From: an uncultured Rivularia sp. | Lineage (GTDB): Bacteria; Cyanobacteriota; Cyanobacteriia; Cyanobacteriales; Nostocaceae | DNA length: 64,000 bases | Direction of reading: 5' to 3' | NCBI GenBank assembly: GCA_963665115.1 | Contig: OY762007.1 | Span: 8,032,001-8,096,000, forward strand | Part shown: in pieces, positions 1 to 10,123 of the stretch | Layout: the number at the start of each line of letters is the position of its first letter | Position numbering within the stretch: position 1 is the first letter of the stretch | Made by a program: the position numbers and the translations under genes | The notes under the pieces: model-generated | Database searches by the model: none | Told to the model about the DNA's origin: nothing | Seen by the model: only the letters and a program-made list of their open reading frames with translations

Positions 1-128
1 TAACGGTCGGTAATTTCAAAACCCAAAGGGCCGACTAAGTGCAATTCGGTACCTGTAGCCGCACAAGTACGAGCAATATTACCTGTATTAGGAGGGATTT
101 GCGGATTAACTAAAACTATTTGTGGCAT
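1..128 (-). CDS. trmL: tRNA (cytidine/uridine34-2'-O)-methyltransferase, 5' part (runs off window start)
   Basis: Hand translation from ATG at 128: [42 protein letters not shown], the SPOUT TrmL N-terminal signature. Not in the ORF track. Confidence 0.9.
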   Translation of the reverse strand, partial: MPQIVLVNPQIPPNTGNIARTCAATGTELHLVGPLGFEITDR

Positions 129-379
129 TGGCAGTCAAGTAATTGTATAAAAAACAACAATGTGTTCGTTTTTTCAAAACTATCTTAAGATAAAACACAC
201 ATATAGTTTTTATTAATAATTATCAATCTGTGACAATCTATAAAAAAAATTAAAGCATCAATGATGCTTATATGAAGAGTAATTAAAGGAAATGTAAAAA
301 GATAGTAAATTGTTGAGGATAACAGATTTTTGTGTGTCCGCCAAAATATACCATCTTTTGAGAACAAGCAAGAGTGGTG

Positions 380-1519
380 TTAAGCCATCAACAAGGAACA
401 TAATTTATCCTCAAGTTCTAATTCTCGTTCTCTAATCGAATTAATCGCTTGAGCTATCACGTTCCGACTGCTAACACCTAATCCGTAAAGTTGCAACCAT
501 CGCTGTGCTTGATTTCCTTCACGAAGAATTTTTTGCAGCGGTGAAAGGAAGCATCCAAAGCCATGCTGTTTGGCTATAGTTGCTGCTGGTTCATAAAGTT
601 CGTTTATCCAATCCCTTGCTGTGATAGTTCTTCCGTCAACCCAATGAATTAATTGAGCATCCAAGCTATTTCGGGCGCAAGCAGCTTCATTTTGGGCTGT
701 AATCGCGATTAATTCTTCGGGAGAGAAACTACTTTTAACTAACGGATCGAGATTCGGATTATTAATTACTTGCAGCAAACGCGTTTCTAACAAAGCTGTA
801 ATCGCTAATAATGCAATTGGATCGGTAACTAAATCGCAAATTCGCAACTCCAAACGATTTAGATCGTGGGGACGGCGATCGCCATTTGGTCGAACCGATG
901 TCCATAAATGTCGCACATTTTGCATTGTGCCTTTGGCCAACTGTTCTTCCGTCCAACGAATATGATGTTCGTGACTTGTAAATAAAGGGACGGATGAGGG
1001 AGTTTGTGGAAAAAGACCCCAACGGGTTGAATGGTATCCCGTAGCCTTACCATCTAAAAAGGGCGATGAAGCGCTTAAAGCTAAATACAAAGGTGCTTCC
1101 AAGCGTACAATGCGACAAGCCCGCATTAGCACTTCGGGGTCGCTGATACCTACATTAATATGAACGCTAGCGGTGACAACTTTAGTACCGTAGGTGTTTT
1201 CGATGTAATCGTGATAAGTATTATTTGGATCGGAACGTAAAAACTTCTCGCTTCCTCCTAAAGATAAGGTACTTCCAGGAATTAAAGTATAGTTACCCAA
1301 TTGTTCTAGATATTTTCTTAACTTCAAGCGAGGACATATTAAACCACATAAAAGCCGTTCGTAGTCGTAAAATGGATCGGTGATATATTCAACATTGCGG
1401 CTATCCGGTTCCCGCATAAATCCTTCTAAAGCAGCGGTGATTTTGTCAGAGAGACCAACGATGTCACCTTGAGGCGTTCCAGTATACATCTCAATCTCAA
1501 AACCTTTCGATAGCACCAC
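380..1519 (-). CDS. gshA: Glutamate--cysteine ligase, cyanobacterial type
   Basis: KGFEIEMY, EPDSRNVEY, SVHINVG, WTSVRPNG, RLELRICD GCS2 motifs; adjacent to trmL. Confidence 0.9.
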   Translation of the reverse strand: MVLSKGFEIEMYTGTPQGDIVGLSDKITAALEGFMREPDSRNVEYITDPFYDYERLLCGLICPRLKLRKYLEQLGNYTLIPGSTLSLGGSEKFLRSDPNNTYHDYIENTYGTKVVTASVHINVGISDPEVLMRACRIVRLEAPLYLALSASSPFLDGKATGYHSTRWGLFPQTPSSVPLFTSHEHHIRWTEEQLAKGTMQNVRHLWTSVRPNGDRRPHDLNRLELRICDLVTDPIALLAITALLETRLLQVINNPNLDPLVKSSFSPEELIAITAQNEAACARNSLDAQLIHWVDGRTITARDWINELYEPAATIAKQHGFGCFLSPLQKILREGNQAQRWLQLYGLGVSSRNVIAQAINSIRERELELEDKLCSLLMA

Positions 1520-1605
1520 AAATTTCTCCTTGGCTCTCCAATAATAGTCAAATTGTATCTAAGGTGACGAAATTACGCATCAACCTTTTGGTAGCTATCG
1601 TAAGA

Positions 1606-1661
1606 GGGAGTAGGGAATAGGGAATAGGGAGTAGGGAATAGGGAGTAGGGAATAGGGAATA
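1606..1661. repeat. STRR heptamer tract (GGGARTA)x8
   Basis: Tandem gggagta/gggaata units. Confidence 0.9.
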
Positions 1662-1879
1662 GAAAAAACTTGAATCCAGATACTAATTTTTTCGGTGCAA
1701 GGGCTGACATTGCCAACAAAAATCTAGGAAGAAGTTTATCGGCGACTGTACGATTTTATGAAGATGATATTTTCGTCGAGCGGAAAATTAACAATTTAAT
1801 GATTTATTAGCGATTTTTATACTGCTTAAATTAATTTATAAACGTAGCAGCTAAACAATAGATATTATTTTCTTACCCA

Positions 1880-3931
1880 TTACCACCCATTACCAATCCC
1901 CAATTCCCCATTCCCAATTACCAATTCCCCATTCCCCATTTCTTCTGCAATCGGTAGCGTAAAATGAAACTCGCTACCTTGATTCTTTCCATTAGATATA
2001 GCCCAAATTTGTCCGCCCAATTTTTGAATTATTTGACGGCAAATCGCTAAACCTAATCCGGTTCCACCTATTGTACGTTGTAAAAAGTTTTCTTCTTGGT
2101 AAAAACGTTGAAAAATTCTTTCTAACTGTACGGCTTCTATTCCTCTACCTGTATCTTTAACTACTATTTCTAATTGATTCGGGAGAAGTTGTTTTTCTGC
2201 TTCGTCTTCGGAATCATTTCGATCGTATATTTGAGCGCTAATCGTAATTTTTCCGTCTGTTGGGGTGAATTTACAAGCATTGTCTAAAAGTTTATAAAAT
2301 ACTTCGATAAGCCCTTCTCTCTCTGCTTGCACTAAAGGCAAATCGGATGGGAAATCTACTATTATCTGTGGTAAATTATCAAATGAATTACGCCTTTTAA
2401 GACTACCTAAAACTAAAGTCAAGCTTTCTTGTAACGAACTTGCTTCGAGTTGCGATCGCACTGTATTAGCTTCGAGCTTTGAAAGCGTGAGAAAATCGCC
2501 AATTAATCTTCCCATACGTTCGGAATCTCCCAATGCAGTATCTAACATTGTCTGCTGGACATCTAAAGGTATATTTTCCTCCAATGCTAAAGTTTCCAAA
2601 CAAATCTGAATGGTAGATAAGGGAGTCCGCAATTCATGTCCTACAATAGCTATTAAATTACTTTGGGTACGTTCCAAATCTGCTAGTCGGCGGTTAAGAT
2701 TTTCTAAGTTACGATAAGCCTGAGCTTGCATTAAAGCAACTGCAACTTGAGTGGCAATCACCTCTACAAAGGTTTGTTCCGAATCATTCCAAATATAAGG
2801 TTGATTGCCACAGTGATGAATTTCTAGAATGCCCAACCAAGTTTCTTGATAACGAATTGGTATTAATAGTAGCGAACGAATTTGCCAGCGTTGAAAATGT
2901 TCGCTCAATTCGGGATCTGCTTGAATACCAAGGTCTTGGGTAGTATCGTTAACGGCGATAACTCTATTTTTTTCTAAAGCATTTTTAAATAAAGAATGAT
3001 TTGCGATTGTCCATTTTTCTCCTTCCATCGAAGCAAATACATCGGCTACCGATTCATAATTAATGGAGGTATCTTCTTCGTTTGGATAACTATAGAATAT
3101 ACTACGGCAAGGACTAAAAACACGACCGAGTTCTCTAACCGTACTAGTAAGAATTTCTTCCGAATTTAAAGAATTACGAACAAAAGCTGTTACCCTATTG
3201 ATTAATCTTTCAAAGGTTTCTTTTTGAAGAATTGTGCGATAGGATTTTAACTGTTTATATTGACTTGATTGTAAATAATTTATCAACCTACCTGTAAAAA
3301 GTCGGGCATCAATTTCTAAAACTTGGTCGTTTGCGATTTGTGGTTGATTATCGGATTCAAGACTGTAACGTTGCTTTGCTATTTTTACTTTTTGTGCTAA
3401 TTGCGGTTGATAATCTAAAATCCGATCTAATAACATTAGAGCCGCTGTTTTACTTACTTCCCGTTCAAATGTCCAAATGCCTTTAAATTGCCTCAACTCG
3501 TCAAAAGATAATCCTTCCACTGGAGCAGAAAATTCTTGACAAACTATACAGGCAGAGTATTTTTTAGCAACAATAACTAAATGCCATTCCTGAGCTAAAA
3601 AATTATCGTTTGGATCGAAGGGAACTACTGTATAAGGATTTGAAGTGGCTACCAAGTCAGAATCCGGTGCAGCCATGACATAAATCTGATCGCTGCGTTT
3701 TGCGATTCTTGCATAGCGACGAGTTTCTTGACGATAAAAACGCTCTCGTTGAAAGTTAGCGATTACAAGCGGTTTCTCGTTTCCTGCTATCACCAAGTCT
3801 TCCATTGCGTGAGAAAGTGCAGTTAAGGAAGCTTTGAAATATACTTGAGGGCGTAAAGATTTATTGGTAAGCAGTAAACTGTGTAATAGGGATTGCTGGG
3901 AAATATTCATTTCTTGAATCGATACATACAC
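1880..3931 (-). CDS. DICT-GAF sensor histidine kinase
   Basis: DICT motifs (YFKASLTALSHAMED, NFQRERFY, EWHLV), GAF, H-box HELRTPL, LLDNACKF, DTGRGI, GGTGLGL; GGAGG upstream of GTG. Confidence 0.9.
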   Translation of the reverse strand: MYVSIQEMNISQQSLLHSLLLTNKSLRPQVYFKASLTALSHAMEDLVIAGNEKPLVIANFQRERFYRQETRRYARIAKRSDQIYVMAAPDSDLVATSNPYTVVPFDPNDNFLAQEWHLVIVAKKYSACIVCQEFSAPVEGLSFDELRQFKGIWTFEREVSKTAALMLLDRILDYQPQLAQKVKIAKQRYSLESDNQPQIANDQVLEIDARLFTGRLINYLQSSQYKQLKSYRTILQKETFERLINRVTAFVRNSLNSEEILTSTVRELGRVFSPCRSIFYSYPNEEDTSINYESVADVFASMEGEKWTIANHSLFKNALEKNRVIAVNDTTQDLGIQADPELSEHFQRWQIRSLLLIPIRYQETWLGILEIHHCGNQPYIWNDSEQTFVEVIATQVAVALMQAQAYRNLENLNRRLADLERTQSNLIAIVGHELRTPLSTIQICLETLALEENIPLDVQQTMLDTALGDSERMGRLIGDFLTLSKLEANTVRSQLEASSLQESLTLVLGSLKRRNSFDNLPQIIVDFPSDLPLVQAEREGLIEVFYKLLDNACKFTPTDGKITISAQIYDRNDSEDEAEKQLLPNQLEIVVKDTGRGIEAVQLERIFQRFYQEENFLQRTIGGTGLGLAICRQIIQKLGGQIWAISNGKNQGSEFHFTLPIAEEMGNGELVIGNGELGIGNGW

Positions 3932-4049
3932 TCACCTCCATCATGCTATTTTCAGCAATAATTAATGAGCAATTTTAAATAATAAATAATAGGAAAGTTG
4001 GTAGTTGATTCGCGACGGGATGAATCTAATTACCTTCCGGAACATTGTT

Positions 4050-4667
4050 TTAAGCAACCTCAAGCATTAAAGGAGATAATTTTCTGTCCCCTATTTTAGC
4101 ATTGCATAACTCTGCTTCATCCAAGCTGACACAACTTAGGTCAGTATCTCTCATGTCTACTCTCGCTAAAATAGCTTTGTTTAAATTAACGTTGTACAAA
4201 TCTGCTTTATTTAAAATTGCTCCTGTTAAATTAGCTCCTGCAAGGTTGGAGTTAGCCAAATTAGCACCGGTTAAATCGGCGTAACGTAAATCCGCACCTG
4301 TTAAATTCGTATTACTGAGATCGGCATAGCGTAAAGAAGCTAAACGCATATCGGCTTTGCTCAAATCGGCTTTGTGCAAATCCGCACTTTCTAAATTTGC
4401 CCGAATTAAACAGGCTTTTCTCAGACAAGACCAAATCAAGAAAGTTTTGCTCAAATTGCTTCTCCACAGAGTTGCTCTTTCCAAATTGGCTTCATTTAGC
4501 GTTGCTCTACGTAACGAAGCTCCTTCTAAGTTAGCACTCGTCAGGTTTGCGCGATTTAAATTAATTCCATTCAAAGAAACCTCACTCAGATTTGCTTGCA
4601 GCAAATTTGCTTCTACAAAATCTCTATTACCTGTGAAATAACTCTCTATCAGTTTATTAATATTCAT
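4050..4667 (-). CDS. Pentapeptide repeat protein
   Basis: Continuous A(D/N)Lxx repeats after YFTGNRDF; ATG at 4667 preferred. Confidence 0.9.
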   Translation of the reverse strand: MNINKLIESYFTGNRDFVEANLLQANLSEVSLNGINLNRANLTSANLEGASLRRATLNEANLERATLWRSNLSKTFLIWSCLRKACLIRANLESADLHKADLSKADMRLASLRYADLSNTNLTGADLRYADLTGANLANSNLAGANLTGAILNKADLYNVNLNKAILARVDMRDTDLSCVSLDEAELCNAKIGDRKLSPLMLEVA

Positions 4668-5111
4668 AAAAAACACACTAAAAATAATTCGGGACAGGCA
4701 GACTAACTAATTACAGTATCTGTACGAGATTGCTGGAAAATAACATTTCTTAACGACTTCTTAAGAAGAACCCTTCCCAAACCAGAAAGCTATCGCATGA
4801 ATAAAGCGCTCCTAATCTGAGCTAAATACCTAAACATCGGAAAGCTACTTCCAACCTCAGCTTGGATACCTTAGCAGACACTGAAAAAACAGCCGATTAT
4901 CAACCGCAAGTCACCTGCCTCATCTATAAACTTTTATTAACCCTTGTAAATAAAATAAACGTTTTTGTTACGTTTAGTCAACTAGGGTTGACAATTTTTG
5001 TTTTTGAACAGCTATTTACCTACTCCTAACTCCTTATTTGTATTGGCAGCCCGCTGATTTTATTGATGTTCTGTATCAAAATTTGAAGGTAAGCTAATTT
5101 ATTACTGAGAT

Positions 5112-5778
5112 ATGTTAGGCGAAAATTCCCAACCTTTCTCTTTCAAAGGTCAAGACTTAGCAGGTGTAAATTTTGACTATGAAGATTTACTAGGTGTAGA
5201 TTTTACTAATACGAACTTAGAGTCGCTTTTTTACGAAAAGCAAACTTTTACAGAGCGGATTTACATCGAGCTAATTTACAAGTAGCTTACCTCTACAGAG
5301 CCAATCTTCAATCAGCAAAGTTAGTAGGAGTTAATTTAGTAAAAGCTGATTTAAAATTAGCAACCTTTACATCCGCAAACCTACAATTTGCCTATTTATA
5401 TCAAACGGATTTAGAAGTTGCAAACCTAAAATAAGTCAGCTTAGAGAGCGCTCATTTAGCAGGAACAAACCTTTCTAGAGCAAACCTTTAAGAAAGCAAT
5501 TTAAAAGATGCTGACCATTTTTTAATTAAAAATAAAAAATGCAAAATTAAAAATTAAAATATAATTACTTTTAATTTTTAATTAAGGATAGAAGGCTCTT
5601 CTTTTAAGGATAAACAGATTTTCATCATATTCCTTGCTTCAAGCCTCAAACTTTAGATGATGGTAATTTTTCATTGTTTGACTTAGACATTGTAGACCTT
5701 TCCCAAAACAAGAATTTCACACGAGAGCAAATTCAGGAAGCTAAAAATTGGGAACGAGCAAGAAGAGATATTAAGTAA
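5112..5778 (+). pseudogene. Degraded pentapeptide repeat gene
   Basis: MLGENSQPFSFKGQDLAGVNF..., frameshift near 5222, ...ANFYRADLHRANLQ...ANLK*...ANL*ESNLKDAD, about 135 bp interruption, then ...KNFTREQIQEAKNWERARRDIK*. Confidence 0.8.
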
Positions 5779-6071
5779 ACAATTATCAACGAACAATGAA
5801 TCATTTGTTCAGCTAAAAATCAGGCAATATTTTCAATAACTAGGTCTTGTTGCAAATGACAAACCTATCTTTTTCTACAGCGAAATGTTACAATTATTAT
5901 ACAAAGAGTATTTCGACCTATTTCGTAGTATTTACTTGAAAAATGGACAAAGCAGAAGCACTTTTGCGGTGCGAAGCTTAAAAATGTTATAAAAACAAAC
6001 CAAACCTTTGTATAAAGTATAACTGCGGGTTCGACCAAAAAAACATCCATATACAGGGTTTATGCAGAATA

Positions 6072-6204
6072 TTTAGAAGATATTCGGAAAGTCTAATTTC
6101 ATGCTTTACATAGCGGTTAATGATTGGAGATGCTGTTCGTTACCACAAAGAAGGCATATAGGAAATATGATATTTGCCTATAGACTTTCCAAACATCCTT
6201 TAAA
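6072..6204. mobile_element. MITE-like element with 24-bp imperfect TIRs
   Basis: tttagaagatattcggaaagtcta (6072-6095) vs tagactttccaaacatcctttaaa (6181-6204), 20/24 complementary; same family as 58512-58724. Confidence 0.65.
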
Positions 6205-6262
6205 ATCATCGAAAGCGAAAAAAACCAATCAGTTTCAACACAAGATTAACTGATTAAAAACT

Positions 6263-7546
6263 ATGAATATAACTAAAAACATCGCTCAAACTGCAAAAAA
6301 ATGTGCATCTATTATTGCTAATACTCCAACAGAACAAAAAAATGCAGTTCTGTTGCAAATGGCAAAGCTGTTAGAGACTTATCGCGAAGATATTGTTGCA
6401 GCGAACCAGGCAGATGTAACCGCAGCTAAGAAAAACAATCTTCCAAACAATTTATTAGCTCGCTTGCAATGGTCTGATGCCAAAATTAATTCGAGTATTG
6501 CAGCACTTCATAAAATTGCTAATTTACCAGATCCAGTAGGACAATTATTCGAGCCGATAAGCAGTTCTAACGGATTAAAAGCTTGTCGGATGCGAGTTCC
6601 TTTAGGAGTGATTTTGATGATTTACGAGGCTCGTCCTCATGTCACCGTTAATGCAGGCTCGTTTTGTTTAAAGTCTGGTAATGCTGTGATTTTACGGGGA
6701 GGTTCGGAAGCAAAAACCTGTAATCAAAAATTAGGGGAATTGTGGCAAACTGCATTAAATGATGTTGGTTTACCCACTGAAACGATACAGGTATTAACTG
6801 GCTCCCACGAACAAATTAACGAATTACTACAACTTGATTCCTTTATTGATTTAGTTATTCCCCGAGGTGGCCCCAAGCTAATCGAAACGGTGAGTAAAAA
6901 CTCTCAAATTCCGGTATTAAAACACTATAACGGAATTTGTCATGTCTATATTGATGAAGCAGCCGATTTACATCAAGCATTAGAAATTGCCTTAGATTCA
7001 AAGTGCTTAATGCCATCCGTTTGTAATGCGATGGAAACTCTGTTAGTTCATCGTTCTTTTGAATCTCAACTAAATACAATTGTCAAAGCATTTCAAGATA
7101 ATAACGTAGAAGTCAAAGGTTGCGATCGCGTTCGTCGTGCTGTCCCCGAAGTTGAAGCAGCAACAGAACAAGATTGGCAAACCGAGTACCTCGATCTTAA
7201 GGTATCGATTCGGGTAGTAGAAAATGTAGATGAAGCAATTTCCCATATTAATCAATTTGGTTCGCATCACACCGATTCAATCGTCACCGATAGCCAAAGT
7301 CGGGCCGAACAATTTGTCAATCTAGTTGATTCTGCGGTGGTATTAGTAAACGCTTCGACAATGTTCTGCGACGGAGATACTTTGGGTATGGGGGCTGAAA
7401 TCGGGATTGCTACAGGCAAATTCCACGCTCGCGGACCAATGGGATTACAGGAATTAACCAGTTACAAATTTGTAGTCCGAGGTTCGGGACATACTATGGG
7501 TGGCGATTTCCTTGCTTCTGCTGCTACAACATCTGAAAAGGTTTAA
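6263..7546 (+). CDS. proA: Gamma-glutamyl phosphate reductase-like (divergent ProA paralog)
   Basis: RVPLGVI, SGNAVILRGGSEA, IPRGG, CNAMETLLVH (catalytic Cys), GSHHTDSI, HARGPMGL; several usually invariant residues changed. Confidence 0.8.
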   Translation: MNITKNIAQTAKKCASIIANTPTEQKNAVLLQMAKLLETYREDIVAANQADVTAAKKNNLPNNLLARLQWSDAKINSSIAALHKIANLPDPVGQLFEPISSSNGLKACRMRVPLGVILMIYEARPHVTVNAGSFCLKSGNAVILRGGSEAKTCNQKLGELWQTALNDVGLPTETIQVLTGSHEQINELLQLDSFIDLVIPRGGPKLIETVSKNSQIPVLKHYNGICHVYIDEAADLHQALEIALDSKCLMPSVCNAMETLLVHRSFESQLNTIVKAFQDNNVEVKGCDRVRRAVPEVEAATEQDWQTEYLDLKVSIRVVENVDEAISHINQFGSHHTDSIVTDSQSRAEQFVNLVDSAVVLVNASTMFCDGDTLGMGAEIGIATGKFHARGPMGLQELTSYKFVVRGSGHTMGGDFLASAATTSEKV

Positions 7547-7565
7547 CGAGGTAATTGGATAATTA

Positions 7566-8951
7566 ATGGAATCTGTAGCTGCATCGAAAATATACGAATA
7601 TCTTCAGCAAGGACTAGATAAACCCAAATCTTCCGGACAGCGGATTGGGACGGAATTAAAATTTCCCTTAGTGGAACGGAACAATGGATGTGCGGTAGGG
7701 TTAGAAACTGTCAATGCTCTGTGGAAGTATCTGAGCAATCGCGGTTGGGAAGCAATTATAGACCCCATAACGAATGAGGTAGTGGGAGCAAGTAAGCCGG
7801 GAGAATATAACGATACGCTAGCTTCTTGTGAAACGGGATTTTGCAAAATAGAATTTTCTCTAGCTCACGTTGGAGATTTACACGCTCTGACTCGTCAAAT
7901 TGAAGCGCTGTTAGTAGAACTAACCCCTTTTGCTGCCCAGCATCAGGTTAGCTTCCTCGGTTGTGGAATTCATCCAGTATCTGCACCAAGTCCCGAATTG
8001 GTGATTGCTAAACAAAGAACATTGGCTTGGGATACTCTATTTCCAGAAGGAGAAATGGTGAAAAACAAGCCTCGTCCGGGAATGCATTTGTTTACAGTAA
8101 ATTCCGGCTCTCACGTACACTTGAGCGTATCTTCTGCCGAACAAGCCGTAGGAGCAACCAATGTCTTGAACGGTTTTGCTGGAGCGCAAATTGCTCTGAT
8201 GGGGAACTCCAGTGTCTGGCAGGGAAAAGTCGATCCAGACTATCAATGTGTAGCAGAAAAGTTTTGGGATTGGTGGATGCCAGATGAAGCAAGAGTCGGA
8301 CTTCCGAGCAAATCTTTTGTCGATATAGAAGACTATGGAAGTGCGATCGCCAAGTTACGGCCTTTTTATGTAGAGAGGAATCAAGCACCAATTTTAATCA
8401 ACCACTATGCAACTTTTGCTGACTACTACGATTCTTCTCCAGCTGTAGGAAAGCATCTGTCAGGGAAAGAAATAACTATCTATCCCGAATCAAAAGATAT
8501 TAAATTGCACAATTCTTTTTACTGGTTTACCGCTCGCATCTCCCGCTACTTTACCGTCGAAAATCGATTATGCGACCAACAAGCTCCCGGTAATTTAGCC
8601 TCTCCTGCTGCTCTGAGTTTGGGTTTACTCGGTGCTTTACCAGAAGCTCAAGAAGAATTGAGTCAATTTAAATGGTCAACTCTAAAGTCAATGCGACAAA
8701 CAGCGATGAGAGATGGATTAGATGGAGAAGTTGAAGGAATTGCCTTAGCTGATATGGCTCGGCGAATGTTGGAATTAGCACAGTTGGGTTTAGAACGTCG
8801 TAAACTTGGTGAAGAGATTTATTTACAACCTTTAAAACGGCAATTAGCAAGCAAGCAAAACCCAGCTATTGAAGCCAGCAATATATTCAATCAAGATGGG
8901 ATAGAAGCTTTGATTGAAGCTAGAGATATTCTTGTAGGGAGTAGGGAGTAG
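7566..8951 (+). CDS. Glutamate--cysteine ligase family (GCS2) carboxylate-amine ligase, divergent
   Basis: RIGTELKF, CETGFCKIEFS, GSHVHL, ALMGNSS, WFTARISRYFTVENRLCD; 19 bp downstream of proA-like gene. Confidence 0.75.
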   Translation: MESVAASKIYEYLQQGLDKPKSSGQRIGTELKFPLVERNNGCAVGLETVNALWKYLSNRGWEAIIDPITNEVVGASKPGEYNDTLASCETGFCKIEFSLAHVGDLHALTRQIEALLVELTPFAAQHQVSFLGCGIHPVSAPSPELVIAKQRTLAWDTLFPEGEMVKNKPRPGMHLFTVNSGSHVHLSVSSAEQAVGATNVLNGFAGAQIALMGNSSVWQGKVDPDYQCVAEKFWDWWMPDEARVGLPSKSFVDIEDYGSAIAKLRPFYVERNQAPILINHYATFADYYDSSPAVGKHLSGKEITIYPESKDIKLHNSFYWFTARISRYFTVENRLCDQQAPGNLASPAALSLGLLGALPEAQEELSQFKWSTLKSMRQTAMRDGLDGEVEGIALADMARRMLELAQLGLERRKLGEEIYLQPLKRQLASKQNPAIEASNIFNQDGIEALIEARDILVGSRE

Positions 8952-9072
8952 AGGGGGAAGAGGGGGAAGAGGGGGAGGAGGGGGGAGAATTAATTAATTC
9001 ATAACTTCTAATTCCTAACTCCTAATTCCTAACTCCTAACTCCTAACTTTTAACCTTTGACCTTTGACCTTT
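8937..9072. repeat. STRR-type low-complexity tracts (GGGAGTA, AGGGGGRAG, CTAAYTC, CCTTTGA)
   Basis: Tandem 7-9 nt units between the GCS2 gene and ADH. Confidence 0.8.
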
Positions 9073-9079
9073 AATTCAT

Positions 9080-10081
9080 ATGATTAATGCATTAGCTGCT
9101 TTCAAACCTGGTGGAAAACTAAAGTCTTTTGAGTACAAACCAGGAGATTTAGGGGAGGAAGAAGTTGAAATTAACGTCGAATTTTGCGGGGTTTGTCGCA
9201 GCGATTTAATGTTGCTCGATAACGAGCGGGGAGGAACTGAATATCCTTTGGTTCCGGGACATGAAGTTATTGGTACTATTTCCGCTGTTGGAAATAATGT
9301 TGATAATTTAAAGGTGTCTCAGCGTGTGGGTTTGGGCTGGTATTCCGGCTCATGCATGAATTGCGAATGGTGTCAAGGTGGCAATCACAATTTCTGTCGC
9401 CAAGCAGAACAAACTATTGTTGGTCGTCATGGTGGTTTTGCAGATAAGGTTCGCGCTCATAAAAGTTGGGTGCTTCCTCTTCCCAATGGAGTTGATTCTG
9501 TATCTGCTGGCCCATTATTTTGCGGGGGAATTACTGTTTTTAACCCTATAATTCAGTTTGATATTAAACCCAATCATCGCGTGGGAATTATTGGAATTGG
9601 TGGTTTAGGACATCTTGCAATTCAGTTTTTTCATGCTTGGGGATGTGAAGTGACGGCTTTTTCTAGTAACCCGAATAAGGAAGCCGATGCTAAAGAATTA
9701 GGAGCCGATCATTTTATTAATTCTCGCAATAGCGAAGCAATTCAAGCAGTAGAAGATTCCTTTGATTTGATTGTCTCAACTGTTAACGCCGATCTGGATT
9801 GGAGAGTTTATATTAAAGCTCTACGTCCTTTAGGAAGACTGCATTTTGTGGGAGGAGTACCGAATCCCATTTCATTTCCAGTTTTGCTGTTATTAGATGG
9901 ACAAAAATCCGTTTCTGGAAGTCCAGTTGGTAGCCCAAATACTATTACTCAAATGCTTGATTTTGTCGCAAAGCATCAAATTAAACCTGTTGTAGAAGTA
10001 TTTAAATTTGAGCAAGTGAATGAAGCACTTGATAAATTACGTAATGGTAAAGTTCGGTATCGATTGATTTTGGAACAGTGA
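9080..10081 (+). CDS. Zn-dependent NAD(P)H aldehyde reductase / cinnamyl-type alcohol dehydrogenase
   Basis: CGVCRSD, GHE, CMNCEWC...C structural Zn site, PLFCGGITVF, GIGGLG, KVRYRLIL. Confidence 0.9.
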   Translation: MINALAAFKPGGKLKSFEYKPGDLGEEEVEINVEFCGVCRSDLMLLDNERGGTEYPLVPGHEVIGTISAVGNNVDNLKVSQRVGLGWYSGSCMNCEWCQGGNHNFCRQAEQTIVGRHGGFADKVRAHKSWVLPLPNGVDSVSAGPLFCGGITVFNPIIQFDIKPNHRVGIIGIGGLGHLAIQFFHAWGCEVTAFSSNPNKEADAKELGADHFINSRNSEAIQAVEDSFDLIVSTVNADLDWRVYIKALRPLGRLHFVGGVPNPISFPVLLLLDGQKSVSGSPVGSPNTITQMLDFVAKHQIKPVVEVFKFEQVNEALDKLRNGKVRYRLILEQ

Positions 10082-10123
10082 ACGGTTATCAGTGAGCAGT
10101 AATTCATTAAATATGATGGGTTC

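Noticed and set aside
6008..6040. ECF-like motif upstream of the proA-like gene (also at 143 and 63349)
   Set aside because: The -35-like 10-mer is present but no GAT follows at the 16-nt spacing; likely chance in AT-rich DNA
7566..8951. egtA of ergothioneine synthesis or a second true gshA
   Set aside because: No egtB/C/D nearby, and the GxExE motif is altered
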